This document shows, piece after piece, positions 37,727 through 47,764 of a stretch of 64,000 nucleotides of DNA; the first letter of the stretch is position 1; each line of letters opens with the position of its first letter. The stretch covers positions 96,001-160,000 of the forward strand of contig JAVLKG010000004.1 in the NCBI GenBank assembly GCA_032128875.1, read 5' to 3'. A model generated the notes under the pieces. That model did no database searches. It was not told the origin of the DNA and was given only the letters and a program-made list of their open reading frames with translations. This stretch comes from Candidatus Melainabacteria bacterium 17Bon1m (GTDB taxonomy: Bacteria; Cyanobacteriota; Vampirovibrionia; Obscuribacterales; Obscuribacteraceae). Made by a program: the position numbers and the translations under genes.

Positions 37727-40700
37727 TCAGGGAGCGGCGTGCGGCTCTGCGACTTTGTCCGATTCAGTGTCTGCTACGGTTACCAATCCGTCCAGTAACA
37801 ACTTCACTGAGTCGATAAGCTCTTGCTCTGACGTTTTCGATTTGATCAAATGTTTCGTCAAACCGAGGGTCAGATTGTTCATGTCGTCTTTTGTAAGGTC
37901 TTGGCTCGTATAAACAATGAGAGGTGTCTCTCGCGATTCACCTTTGCGCAGGTTTTCCACAATGTCGAAACCGTTTGGCGCAGGAATTCCTATATCTAGA
38001 ATGATCAAGTCTGGATTTTCCGACTTTACCAATTTCAAAGCTTTACCGCCTTCGGACGCTTCGATTATTTCAACTGGAAAGCTGGAAACATGGTGCTTGA
38101 TCAACTCTCTTGTTGCGTTGTCGTCCTCAACGATCAGCACTTTCGCTTTATCATTGCCCTTATTGCGAACTGCAAATCGCAATGCGCGCTCGAGCTTCTT
38201 GGTTTCGACGGGCTTTAAAACCCAATCGAAAATTATCGCGGTTCCAAACAACTCAGCATTCTTATCAACGCCACTCAATACAACCGTAGGTACAGTGAAT
38301 GGCTTGTCCCCTGTCTGTTTCTTTTTCAGCCACTGAAGCCCGTTTCCATCAGGCAGATTGATGTCCAAAATCATTGCTTTCGGCGTGAATTCGTTCAGCA
38401 ATTCGTCTGCTTCTTCTAAATTTCGCGCCACTTCAATATCAAATCCTTCTTTTTTAAGCACGCTGCGAACAAGCTTGGTAAGCTGCTCATCGTCTTCCAC
38501 CATCAACACACGTGCGAGTGCAAATGACTTCAAATCCTGGCTTGTGGTTCTCGGGCTCTTCGCGGTGCATGGCAATTCTGCCCAAAAGGTGGTTCCCTTG
38601 CCTACTGTTGATGCGACACCAACCGTTCCGCCATGTTGCTCTGCAAGTCCTTTTGTAATAGCCAATCCCAGTCCGGTGCCGCCTTTTTGTCTGGTATCAC
38701 TGGAGTCGAGTTGCTGGAATTTGCCCCATAATTTGTGCTGCTCACTCTCAGGTATGCCTGCTCCTTTATCACTGACTGAAAAGCGCACCATGTCGTTATG
38801 CTTCTCAACATCCAAGATGACACTTTCACCTTCGGGAGAAAACTTTATTGCGTTTGAAAGAAAGTTGGCGAGAATTTGAATGACTCGATCCTGGTCACAT
38901 TTTAAAGTGCCGTTGTACATGATTTGATGCTTGAGTGTGACCTTTGCCTCGTTTGCTATACCTTGTGTTGCAGCAAACGCACCAATGACAAGGTCTTCTA
39001 CTTTCCTGTCGCCAAGTTTCAACTCAAGCCGGCCTGCTTCCAATTTACGAATATCGAGAATGTCATTTATAAGGCGAATCAAGCGATCCGACTCGTTGCG
39101 CGCGATAGTCACAAGGCGCGTGACTTTGTCTGATACTGGCCCGGCAAGTCCGCCTTCAATCAGCCGCAGGCTTGCGTGAATCGATGTGAGCGGGGTGCGC
39201 AATTCGTGCGACACGGTTGAGTAAAATTCACTGACACGCTTTTCTGCTTCTTTGCGTTCTGTAATGTCGTGACCGATACTGTAAATCGCTTCGATTTCGC
39301 CGTCGTCGCCGATCTGCGGGAATGTTCTTGCCCATATCCAGCGCATGGTGCCATCTGGTCGCACTACACGGTGTTCGATTTCTTGAGGGGTTTTCTCTTC
39401 TATAGTTTTTTTTGTGAAATTTATGACGGCTTCGACGTCGTCCGGATGTACACCTTTGAAAATCTCAGATGCACTCTCATAGATAGGTTCTCTCGAGCGT
39501 CCCCATATCTCTTCGTATGCGGGGCTCACGTATACAAAGGTGTCATTAGGTTTGGCAACGATAAAAACTTCTTGTATCTGTTCTGTAAGTGTTCTGAAAA
39601 GATGTTCTCGTTCTTCTAACAAGGTTTCTGATTGGCTGCGCTTGATACCGAGCGCGATACCATTGCAAACCCCTGAGAGTGTTTCTTGTAACTGTCGGCT
39701 TACTCCCCTTCTGCTGTACATTGCAAGTACGCCCAACAGCTCTTTGCCGAAAACCAGAGGATACGCTGCCAGCGAAGTCAGACCATCGGCAGTCACCCAC
39801 TCCTTGCTTTCCGGCTGAGCTGTTTTGTCCAATTCGTTTGTAAGCAATGGTCGCATCTGTTCTGCGACGATACCAATCTCACCTTCTCCAATATTGATTA
39901 GTTTTTGTCCTGGATCCGCAGTAGAGGAGTTGGCAGAACTTGCTCTGAGCAACAACTGCTTACTCCCGTCTTCTTCTACTGTCCAAATGCGAGCAACATT
40001 CGCTTTCAAGTGACGTGCCATCAAGCTTGTGCACTGCTTGAGAGTTTCATCCAAATTGGTTTGCTGGCTCAGTACATACGCTGTTTCTGCAACAAAGCTA
40101 GAGAGTTCGGCTCGCTCTACCAACTCTTCTTTGGCTCGAACAGCTTCGACAAATTGCCCTATCTCCTGCCCGAAGGCCGAAAGCGTGCTTAGCTGATCCT
40201 CGTCGCTCGCATCTAATTTGTCGGAGAAAAACTCGATCATTCCAAGCAACTGCTTTTGTCCCAAAATGGGAAATCCAAGACCATACTTGAGACCATCTGC
40301 AAGCGCAGCCTTCTTGCGAGGGAAATTCTCTTCAGCAAGAGTAGTAAGGTCTACAAATTGGGGAGCTCCGGTCGACCAAACCTGACCAGGCAACCCGTCT
40401 CCAAGTTTGAAAGTGCGTTCGAGCGTTGTTTTTTTGAAGTTGGGAAGCTCTTTTGCCTCGTCATTCCAAAATGCGATACCTTTGAGTTCGGCTTCCTCGT
40501 CTTCTTTGTTGACCAGCCAGGCAGTTCCAAACCGGAAGTTATTGAGCTTGCCCAATACCTCGAGCAGGCGCTCGAGCGCGCTGGGTATGTCCCGAGAGTC
40601 ACTGAGCACATGCGTGACAGCCAATTGAATCGCCAGCCTCCTGGCGACATTGTTCTTTTCCTTCAGAAAATAGCCGACCATAAGTAGGCAGATTGCCAGC

Positions 40701-41293
40701 GCGGATGCCGCCAGGGCCAACAGCGTGGATGAAAGCTCACCGGTGCGCTTAGTCTCTTTTGCAAGCTTTTCCGAACGAAATTTCAGCAAATCCTTTTCCG
40801 AAGAAATGATTTCGTGAAGGATTTCGTCCGCTTGAATCTCGACGTTCTCGTGGCCTCTTGAGCTTACGAACTTCTTCGCCCCTTCAAGACCTTCCTTCTT
40901 TGCCGCCGATAAGGCGTCGCGCAGATAGGCAGCGCGGCGCTCTAGCGTGTGTCTAAGAAATTCGACTCGCTGCACCTGAGTCGGATTGTCTGCGACCAAT
41001 TTGTTGAGCCTTTTGATCGCTGATTCGATAGCCTTGTTCGACTTTTCGAAATCGTTGATATACGACTCTTCTTGTTTAATGATGTAGCCGCGTTCGCTAG
41101 ATAACAACTCTTCCAGGGCAACGTCGACTTCCTCCAATTCCAAAAGCACGTCATAGGTATGAATTAGCCATGAGCGGTGGGTGATCATTACCTCTTGCTG
41201 TTTCATGCTGGCAAAAGTGGCATATCCGGCCGCAGCAAGCATCAGGAACAGCGTTCCAGCTATGCCAACAAGGATTGTCCATCTGTGGCGCAT
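37727..41293 (-). CDS. Hybrid histidine kinase CHASE3-GAF-GAF-PAS-HisKA-HATPase-REC-REC
   Basis: ERGYII/DNPTQ, GLPGQVW, YVSPAYEEIWG, SHELRTPL, NAIKFS, GGTGLGL, two receiver domains. Confidence 0.93.
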   Translation of the reverse strand: MRHRWTILVGIAGTLFLMLAAAGYATFASMKQQEVMITHRSWLIHTYDVLLELEEVDVALEELLSSERGYIIKQEESYINDFEKSNKAIESAIKRLNKLVADNPTQVQRVEFLRHTLERRAAYLRDALSAAKKEGLEGAKKFVSSRGHENVEIQADEILHEIISSEKDLLKFRSEKLAKETKRTGELSSTLLALAASALAICLLMVGYFLKEKNNVARRLAIQLAVTHVLSDSRDIPSALERLLEVLGKLNNFRFGTAWLVNKEDEEAELKGIAFWNDEAKELPNFKKTTLERTFKLGDGLPGQVWSTGAPQFVDLTTLAEENFPRKKAALADGLKYGLGFPILGQKQLLGMIEFFSDKLDASDEDQLSTLSAFGQEIGQFVEAVRAKEELVERAELSSFVAETAYVLSQQTNLDETLKQCTSLMARHLKANVARIWTVEEDGSKQLLLRASSANSSTADPGQKLINIGEGEIGIVAEQMRPLLTNELDKTAQPESKEWVTADGLTSLAAYPLVFGKELLGVLAMYSRRGVSRQLQETLSGVCNGIALGIKRSQSETLLEEREHLFRTLTEQIQEVFIVAKPNDTFVYVSPAYEEIWGRSREPIYESASEIFKGVHPDDVEAVINFTKKTIEEKTPQEIEHRVVRPDGTMRWIWARTFPQIGDDGEIEAIYSIGHDITERKEAEKRVSEFYSTVSHELRTPLTSIHASLRLIEGGLAGPVSDKVTRLVTIARNESDRLIRLINDILDIRKLEAGRLELKLGDRKVEDLVIGAFAATQGIANEAKVTLKHQIMYNGTLKCDQDRVIQILANFLSNAIKFSPEGESVILDVEKHNDMVRFSVSDKGAGIPESEQHKLWGKFQQLDSSDTRQKGGTGLGLAITKGLAEQHGGTVGVASTVGKGTTFWAELPCTAKSPRTTSQDLKSFALARVLMVEDDEQLTKLVRSVLKKEGFDIEVARNLEEADELLNEFTPKAMILDINLPDGNGLQWLKKKQTGDKPFTVPTVVLSGVDKNAELFGTAIIFDWVLKPVETKKLERALRFAVRNKGNDKAKVLIVEDDNATRELIKHHVSSFPVEIIEASEGGKALKLVKSENPDLIILDIGIPAPNGFDIVENLRKGESRETPLIVYTSQDLTKDDMNNLTLGLTKHLIKSKTSEQELIDSVKLLLDGLVTVADTESDKVAEPHAAP

Positions 41294-41319
41294 TAATCTA
41301 ACGGCTTCAGACCAGGGAG

Positions 41320-41709
41320 CTAACTCTTGGTCAATATTCCCTGTATGTCATCTGGTAAGGTCATCGGATCAAAAGGTTTTGTAATAATGCCTTTAGCTCC
41401 CATCTTCTGATAAAGCTCAACCTCATGAGTCTGAGCCTTAGCGGTCATGAAAATCACGGGAATCGAGTTCAGGCTATCGACTTTGCGCAGTTCGCTCAAA
41501 GTTGTAGGACCGTCCATGCCGGGCATCATAACGTCCAAAATTATCAAATCAGGTTGAAGCTCCGTCGCCTTGCTGATGGCTTCGGCTCCCGAAGCCGCCA
41601 GGTCGACCTTCCAATCGGTCAGACCCTCAAGACCCATTTGCGCGAGGGTGCGAATATTCTGATCGTCGTCGACCAGGAGAACTTGCTTGATATGGGCTGC
41701 GCTCGTCAT
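41320..41709 (-). CDS. Single-domain response regulator
   Basis: LLVDDD, LDVMMPGMDG, FMTA, KPF. Confidence 0.93.
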   Translation of the reverse strand: MTSAAHIKQVLLVDDDQNIRTLAQMGLEGLTDWKVDLAASGAEAISKATELQPDLIILDVMMPGMDGPTTLSELRKVDSLNSIPVIFMTAKAQTHEVELYQKMGAKGIITKPFDPMTLPDDIQGILTKS

Positions 41710-41740
41710 TTTACTCTCATTTGTGGCGTGCTTTTTGTAC

Positions 41741-43876
41741 TCATGAGAGTACAGAACGGTTTTTCAAACCCCTTAAAGCATAATCTCTGAGCTTCTCAAA
41801 ATTATCCCCTTCCAGAGGGAATTCTGCGGTGCTGAAAGTCAGCGCGGTTTGGAATTCATTGCCGCGTGCGCTGGGAAACCACATTTTCTGCCAGTCTTCT
41901 TTCAACAGCTCGAATACTTGATTTACTGTGTCGACTGGTTCGCCGGCAAGAATAATGGCGAATTTGCCGTCCTCTAGCCGACCGCGCAAATCTTCCGCTC
42001 TAAAACGTTCTTTTAAAAGCTCGCCGAGTTTGCCGACCACGTGCTCAGCCGAAAACGAACCGTACAAGGTGTCTAGCTCTTCAAAATCGACAATTGAGAC
42101 AATGCCCATGGAGAGGCTCTGAGACTGTTGTCCGCAAAGATTTATCAGTTGCTCGCACTCAGTTGCCAGAGCCTGGTGGGTTAAAACTTTGCTCTGGGGA
42201 TCGACGCGAGTGGAAACCTCGCTCAGTGTTTTCGACATGTGCGCCTTGACGCGTGAGAGTAGTTCGTCAACAAGAACAGGTTTGCTCAAAAAATCGGTAC
42301 CACCGGCGGTGAAAGCCGCGCGTTTGCCTTCCGAATCGCTTTTCGATGTGAGGAAGATAACTGGTACTTGTTTCCACTCGTCATGCGATTTGAGGAGTCT
42401 GCAGACTTCATAACCGGTAAGACCCGGCATGATTACATCAAGGAGCAAAAGATCTGGTTGAAACTCATTCATAACGTCAAGAATGACGATTGGTTCGTTG
42501 AGAGAACGAACTTTTATCCCGGCAGGGATCAACACTGACTCCACAAAACCAGACAGCAACGGATCATCGTCAACGCACAGTACGCGTGGTCTGCGCATCT
42601 GTCCTGCGACTGTCATAATCTGCATCGCTTCGCTCAAATTTCCGCGAGTCACGTCGCCGTCCAGGAAAACTGAAGCGCCACCATATACGATATCAGCCTG
42701 TGTGTAACTTTCTTCCTTTGAATTCACAAAGCACAGAGGAATGCTTCTTTTGGCAGCCTGGCGCAACTCGCGGGCAAGCTGAAATCTGCCCGACGTTGTG
42801 TCTAGCGCCAAATCAATCAGTGCCGAATCATATTCTTGCTTTCCGAATTTTACGATTGCACCGACTGAGCTGCCGACCATGTCCAGTTCGCAATTGGCGT
42901 CTTGAGCCGCGCCCTTCAAAGGGCCAGGATATGCGCCTTCCGGGGTGACAGCAAGGCATGAAATCGAGGGCAATTTGTGCGTGTCTTCTGCTGTGCCTTG
43001 CTCTCTTGCTATTGATTCGACTATCTGTGTGCCTTCCACGACACAGCGAATCACTTCCGCCCAGATAACCTCTTGTTCGGTCTCTGTGTGCGGATCTACG
43101 GTAATCAAAAAGTCTTCGATGCGCTCGGCAAATTGACCGACTTTTGTAAATCCGTAGGATCCAGCGGTGCCTTTTACTTTGTGCGCAACACCCATTGCAT
43201 CTTGCAACAAGCGCAGATTTCTAGGATTCTCCCTTGCCCTTTTAACAGCGATTGTCACTTCTCCCCAAGCATCGGGGAGAGTTTTTATGAATGTTTCTCT
43301 TGCTTTCTTAATAGCGTTTTGAGTCTCGATTCGACGTTTGAGCTTCTTCAAGCGCTCGATTTCTTCAGGGTATGTGCTTTCATCCGCCAGCATCTTTTCT
43401 ATTTGCTCGAGCGATTCTTCTACCTGCGCAGAATCAAGTACCGGCTGAATTTTGAAACTGCCTGTATCTTCTTCGATTGGGCTAGGCGGAGCATCCGCAG
43501 GCGGCGGGATGATGTTTTCCAGTGTGTGGAGGAAAAGTTCAGGAACTATAGGTTTTTGAATAACTTGCGAAACTTTGAGGATGTTTCTCAGCCAATTGAA
43601 GGTCTTTTGGTCGCACCAATTACCCGTGCACAAAACGATCGGCAGAGTATCGTCCTGCTCTCGCACTTTGGTAATCCAGGTCATGCCATCGACCTCGGGC
43701 AGCCTGTAGTCGACGACTGCCAGCCCTGGTCTCTTTGCTTCCATAGCAGCGGTCGCTTCCTTGGCGCTGCGGGCAAGAACAACTTCGTAACCTCTGCTTT
43801 TCAACAGGTCGCCGACCAGGTCTCGAAATCCCTTGTCATCGTCGATAACGAGAATGTAAGTATTTTGCTCAGACAT
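41741..43876 (-). CDS. REC-HPt-pseudoREC-REC-degenerate GGDEF protein
   Basis: ILVIDDD/DYRLP, HPt AHKVKGTAGSYG, VDDD/DVIMP, RAEDLRGRLEDGKF. Confidence 0.87.
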   Translation of the reverse strand: MSEQNTYILVIDDDKGFRDLVGDLLKSRGYEVVLARSAKEATAAMEAKRPGLAVVDYRLPEVDGMTWITKVREQDDTLPIVLCTGNWCDQKTFNWLRNILKVSQVIQKPIVPELFLHTLENIIPPPADAPPSPIEEDTGSFKIQPVLDSAQVEESLEQIEKMLADESTYPEEIERLKKLKRRIETQNAIKKARETFIKTLPDAWGEVTIAVKRARENPRNLRLLQDAMGVAHKVKGTAGSYGFTKVGQFAERIEDFLITVDPHTETEQEVIWAEVIRCVVEGTQIVESIAREQGTAEDTHKLPSISCLAVTPEGAYPGPLKGAAQDANCELDMVGSSVGAIVKFGKQEYDSALIDLALDTTSGRFQLARELRQAAKRSIPLCFVNSKEESYTQADIVYGGASVFLDGDVTRGNLSEAMQIMTVAGQMRRPRVLCVDDDPLLSGFVESVLIPAGIKVRSLNEPIVILDVMNEFQPDLLLLDVIMPGLTGYEVCRLLKSHDEWKQVPVIFLTSKSDSEGKRAAFTAGGTDFLSKPVLVDELLSRVKAHMSKTLSEVSTRVDPQSKVLTHQALATECEQLINLCGQQSQSLSMGIVSIVDFEELDTLYGSFSAEHVVGKLGELLKERFRAEDLRGRLEDGKFAIILAGEPVDTVNQVFELLKEDWQKMWFPSARGNEFQTALTFSTAEFPLEGDNFEKLRDYALRGLKNRSVLS

Positions 43877-43971
43877 GGTTTGCCCCAGAGTTATTAATTG
43901 ACAGAGGTTTTCGGCGTTTTGGTAAGACCAGGCTTCGCCGAGCAAGTTCCCTATTTTACTAACTTGGAAAT

Positions 43972-45213
43972 TTAGGTCCCACCTAATTTTAGGTCGCGCT
44001 GAAAATCGTTGTCCGATATTTGTTCTAAATAGTTTGATTTAGTCGAGTAGACGATAGAGGTATCGTTGTTTACAGTGAGTGTTGAGCGCATCTCTTCGGC
44101 TTCCTCAAGCCTCTGTGAAAGTTCTGCTGTTGGGTTGCCGAGCTGACTCTCGAACTCTCGTATACTTTGATTTTTCTTTCGTACTTGGCGATTTTTCTCA
44201 AACGTGTAGAGCAGCCGCACTGCAGGAAATATGAGGAAGAGCGTGGCGTAAAACAAGAGAAAGAGAAACAGGTATCCCGCCGAATTCAGGTGTGTAGGGC
44301 GTACGAGAAATATGCAAGCCGTCAGCGCCATTATGAAATTGACTGCGCCCATGGTGATGACCTTTTTTAACTCCTCCCTTTTCAGATTGCTGAACGTCCA
44401 CTGCTTCTGCTCCAGAAGCGGCGGCAGCAGTGCGTAGGACGTTACTTCACTTCTCTTCTGCATGTCCGGAAAGACATATACGATGCCGCCGGTGCTGGTT
44501 ACTTGTGGCATGCCGTTGAATTTCGCGAGAATGGCGAATAGAGTCTGCTCGTCTTCGGGCTCTTCTCCGGTGTAGGGGCTTAAATGCTCCGGTAGTACGA
44601 CGCCCTCGTTGAGTCTGATTACCTGAGCAAGCAGCTTCCACTTTTCCTGCTCCAGCTGTTTATTGGGATCGCCTTCTCCAAAAAGAAATGAATAGCAGTC
44701 GAGCAAAAATCCTTGTCGGGCACCACCATTGGTGCTGCCAGGTTTAAGCTTTTCCTTGCCCCAGTGGACTAAATCTTTTAGCGCAAGGCGTTGGACTAGT
44801 CCGAAGAAATCGCGCCACATGCCTGACACTGACTCGGTAGAGCCTGATACACCAGCCAGGAGCGTTTGAATTATCAACGCTATGCCGAATAAGCAAATCA
44901 ATGAGAAGAGAAGAGTGAGTCCGAAAGACAGACGAAAGAGAAAGGACGCGACTGCAAAGGCGTGACCGCCAATTTGATTGATTACACGACTGATTCCGTG
45001 TCTGAAATAGGTGTAGGAGTAATGTTCGCCAAAGCAGTAATAAATTTCGCCATCCTGTGCGACTTCCAGGTTTGCATCAGTATCGGATGCAATATGGTTG
45101 AGTTCGCCGGAAACCTCGGCGAGCGGCATGCCAGTCTTTGCTACTACGTCAGCAACCGTGACCCTTTTGCCCAGGTCGTTTATCGCATGGATTATCTTTG
45201 ACCGGTTTGACAT
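43972..45213 (-). CDS. Conserved membrane protein, At5g03900-like
   Basis: RVTVADVVAKTG, LEVAQDGEIYYCF, SFLFGEGDPN, IRLNEGVV..E.L.PY, FNGMPQV..GGIVYVFP. Family recognised from memory. Confidence 0.78.
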   Translation of the reverse strand: MSNRSKIIHAINDLGKRVTVADVVAKTGMPLAEVSGELNHIASDTDANLEVAQDGEIYYCFGEHYSYTYFRHGISRVINQIGGHAFAVASFLFRLSFGLTLLFSLICLFGIALIIQTLLAGVSGSTESVSGMWRDFFGLVQRLALKDLVHWGKEKLKPGSTNGGARQGFLLDCYSFLFGEGDPNKQLEQEKWKLLAQVIRLNEGVVLPEHLSPYTGEEPEDEQTLFAILAKFNGMPQVTSTGGIVYVFPDMQKRSEVTSYALLPPLLEQKQWTFSNLKREELKKVITMGAVNFIMALTACIFLVRPTHLNSAGYLFLFLLFYATLFLIFPAVRLLYTFEKNRQVRKKNQSIREFESQLGNPTAELSQRLEEAEEMRSTLTVNNDTSIVYSTKSNYLEQISDNDFQRDLKLGGT

Positions 45214-45354
45214 TGCGACTACTAATTCGGATCACTACCCTGCGGATACAACCAAAAAGAACCTTTCGCTATAAGTCTATGAGCTTTAATAAGGCGCTCA
45301 CTTCTAATCTGCCAAGCTGCAGTCCGAATTAAGCGTTGAGGTTAACTTATGCTT

Positions 45355-47520
45355 TTAGCTGCCGGACGGTATAAACATCGAAGGCGCCTGACCGGCCAGA
45401 AATTTCATATAGAGGGAGTGTCTGCCGCCGCCCGACAGTGGTTCGATCCAGAAGGGGGCCATGTACAGATGATCGACGTGGGAGGTCGTCGGGTCTTTGC
45501 GAGTGACTTCGACAAAGTAGGCGCCACCTTTCTTGCCAATATTGTGGTTGATTTTGTCGAAAGTAAATTGGTTGCCCATGCCGCTCAATTCGTCGCCGCT
45601 TACTTTCACTTCTTGCATGACCTCAGCCAGGGTGCGATCGCCTATTTTTTGGTCGCCCCAGAGTTTTAAGGTGTACTGAGCGTCCGGTTCGATCTTGCCG
45701 CCGATCTTTGTTGTGAGCGTTAGCTCGTTTGTGACTGCTTGGTCGACGATTTGACCCATTTGATAGCGGTCGTTGGCGACCACTCTGCCGTTTAATCTGT
45801 CCATGTGTGTGGTGGCAAATGTGCGGCGTGATCTCAAACCTTCCAGGACTCCGGCTTTGTCTATTGAGCTTACCCAGATGCCTGTTTCTGCCGGAATCAT
45901 TCCGGGATCGCCAAAGTGAGCATCGCGCCCGACCACCGGTGACATGTGGAATCCGTCATTGATGTAGCCTCTCAAGCTGGTCAAGTCAGCATCTTTGGCT
46001 CCGATCTCATCGACCGGTACACGCCTCATTGCTCCGCCTTTGATGACTTCGATATTGGAGAAATATTTGCCTGAGCGCTGCACCCACTCTTCTTTTGTTT
46101 TAAAAGAATAGCGACCGTAGTCGGCGCCTCTGGTTCCGGAAGGCAGGCTAGGAGAATGATCTTCTGAAAAGCGCGGGTGAGCGGCGATGAATACTGGGTC
46201 GTTGCCCGTGCTGTCTTTAAGTTTGTTTTTCTCTATGTATGTAATTAGACCATTCATGTCGCCGTCGTTGTATTTGACGACATCGGGCATTACCATCGCG
46301 GGCTTTTCTTTCAAACCCAGCGCGCGTCTGATTGGTGCCGTAGATTCGTCCCAGAGAGTGCGTGGCTTTCTGATTGCCTCGAAGAATTGAGGCATTTCCA
46401 CCATGATGAAGTGGTTTTTGCCACCGGATTTAGGGTTGCCTACTTTTCCTATAGTCCCCATTTCGGAGCCGATGATTACAACGTGTTCGCCGTTGACCGT
46501 TGCTTTTGCAGCTTCTTTGTATTGTTCGGCATACCATTGTGGTGCCTCGGCAATGACCGGGCCATTTTGCTCGGGAATGCGCGGGTCGCCCGGTTTGACA
46601 CCATCACGGGCAGCAAGGTGATTGTGGTCGGAAACAAGAATAACGTTCTGTCCTTGCTCTTTTGCTTTGGCGGAAAGCGAAGTGACTGTGCCCATACCGT
46701 CCGACTGTTTGGTGTGGAGGTGCAGACTACCTTGAGCGAGAACATAATCGTCTTCGACTCTGGCAGCGCGCGCCGTCATTCCATCGCTCATGACGTCGCG
46801 GTTGTCGAATTCGCGAACGCGCTGCAAAATGCTTGAGAATGGGCGTTTAACCCAGCTTGTGTGTTCTGGCAAAACTGTCGGTGAGTCGAAGCGGCTGATG
46901 CCGGCGATTTCGCCAGCCTCGCCTTGCATGGTATGGATTTTGCCCATCGGCAATTTTGGATTGGGGCCGCTCTCTGTGACGCCGCGCACGTATTTGTTGT
47001 TGACGATGCCTGAGAGAAACTTGTTTTCCGTCTCGACAATGCTTTTCTGCGTACTTTGTCCCAAGCGGCTTATAGCCTTCGGGCTCTCTTTCATGGCATA
47101 ACCGGCTTCCGTGCCGGCGATGCCGCCTGCCAGATTGAGCACCAACTCGGTTGTGCCACTGACTGTGTGTCGTGCCAAAGTATGCGCCACGGCGTCAACA
47201 TCGGCGCCAGGCTTTTGGGCCTCGTCCGCCGCATTTGTCAGCGACTTATAGCCTTGATAGAGCATCGGCGCTGTGAGAATCGCCCCGACTGCCCAGGCTG
47301 CGGGCCCTTTGGCGGGGAGGAAGTAACCCATCGCAGTACCGATGCCGGCTGACATAACGAATGTCTTGCCGGCGTGAGCAATTGAAGTGGATGGTCGCTC
47401 CCATGCCTCTTGAGCCAGCTCGGTCGTCGCCGAAGGCAATTCCTTCAGGGCTTTGCCATAGACATCCATGGCAGAGACTGCGTTTTCGTTTTGGGCTTGG
47501 GCTTCTGTAGGTTCTGGCAT
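45355..47520 (-). CDS. PHP-family (CehA/McbA-like) metallohydrolase with a long hydrophobic Gly/Ala N-terminal region
   Basis: GSLHLHT..SDG, SDHNH, GSE, NH, AHP, IEV, DAH, GLRSRRTFAT. Confidence 0.82.
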   Translation of the reverse strand: MPEPTEAQAQNENAVSAMDVYGKALKELPSATTELAQEAWERPSTSIAHAGKTFVMSAGIGTAMGYFLPAKGPAAWAVGAILTAPMLYQGYKSLTNAADEAQKPGADVDAVAHTLARHTVSGTTELVLNLAGGIAGTEAGYAMKESPKAISRLGQSTQKSIVETENKFLSGIVNNKYVRGVTESGPNPKLPMGKIHTMQGEAGEIAGISRFDSPTVLPEHTSWVKRPFSSILQRVREFDNRDVMSDGMTARAARVEDDYVLAQGSLHLHTKQSDGMGTVTSLSAKAKEQGQNVILVSDHNHLAARDGVKPGDPRIPEQNGPVIAEAPQWYAEQYKEAAKATVNGEHVVIIGSEMGTIGKVGNPKSGGKNHFIMVEMPQFFEAIRKPRTLWDESTAPIRRALGLKEKPAMVMPDVVKYNDGDMNGLITYIEKNKLKDSTGNDPVFIAAHPRFSEDHSPSLPSGTRGADYGRYSFKTKEEWVQRSGKYFSNIEVIKGGAMRRVPVDEIGAKDADLTSLRGYINDGFHMSPVVGRDAHFGDPGMIPAETGIWVSSIDKAGVLEGLRSRRTFATTHMDRLNGRVVANDRYQMGQIVDQAVTNELTLTTKIGGKIEPDAQYTLKLWGDQKIGDRTLAEVMQEVKVSGDELSGMGNQFTFDKINHNIGKKGGAYFVEVTRKDPTTSHVDHLYMAPFWIEPLSGGGRHSLYMKFLAGQAPSMFIPSGS

Positions 47521-47764
47521 TTTGGGAGCTTGAACTTGAGAGGGTAACAGCGAGTTTATTCTTCTGCCCGCCCGTCTCCAATGGGGAAGGTACGCAAAAC
47601 GTTTTTGCGAAGCTAAAAACCGGGAGTTTTTCAAACGAAAACGAAAGGCGTTGGTTTGCCGATTGTTTATCGGCTGTATGCAAAGCAGGATAACCCTTGA
47701 CGGCGTGTTGCATATGAACTATTGTATAAAATACTAATAATTGGATATTTCGCCTCGATCCCCT

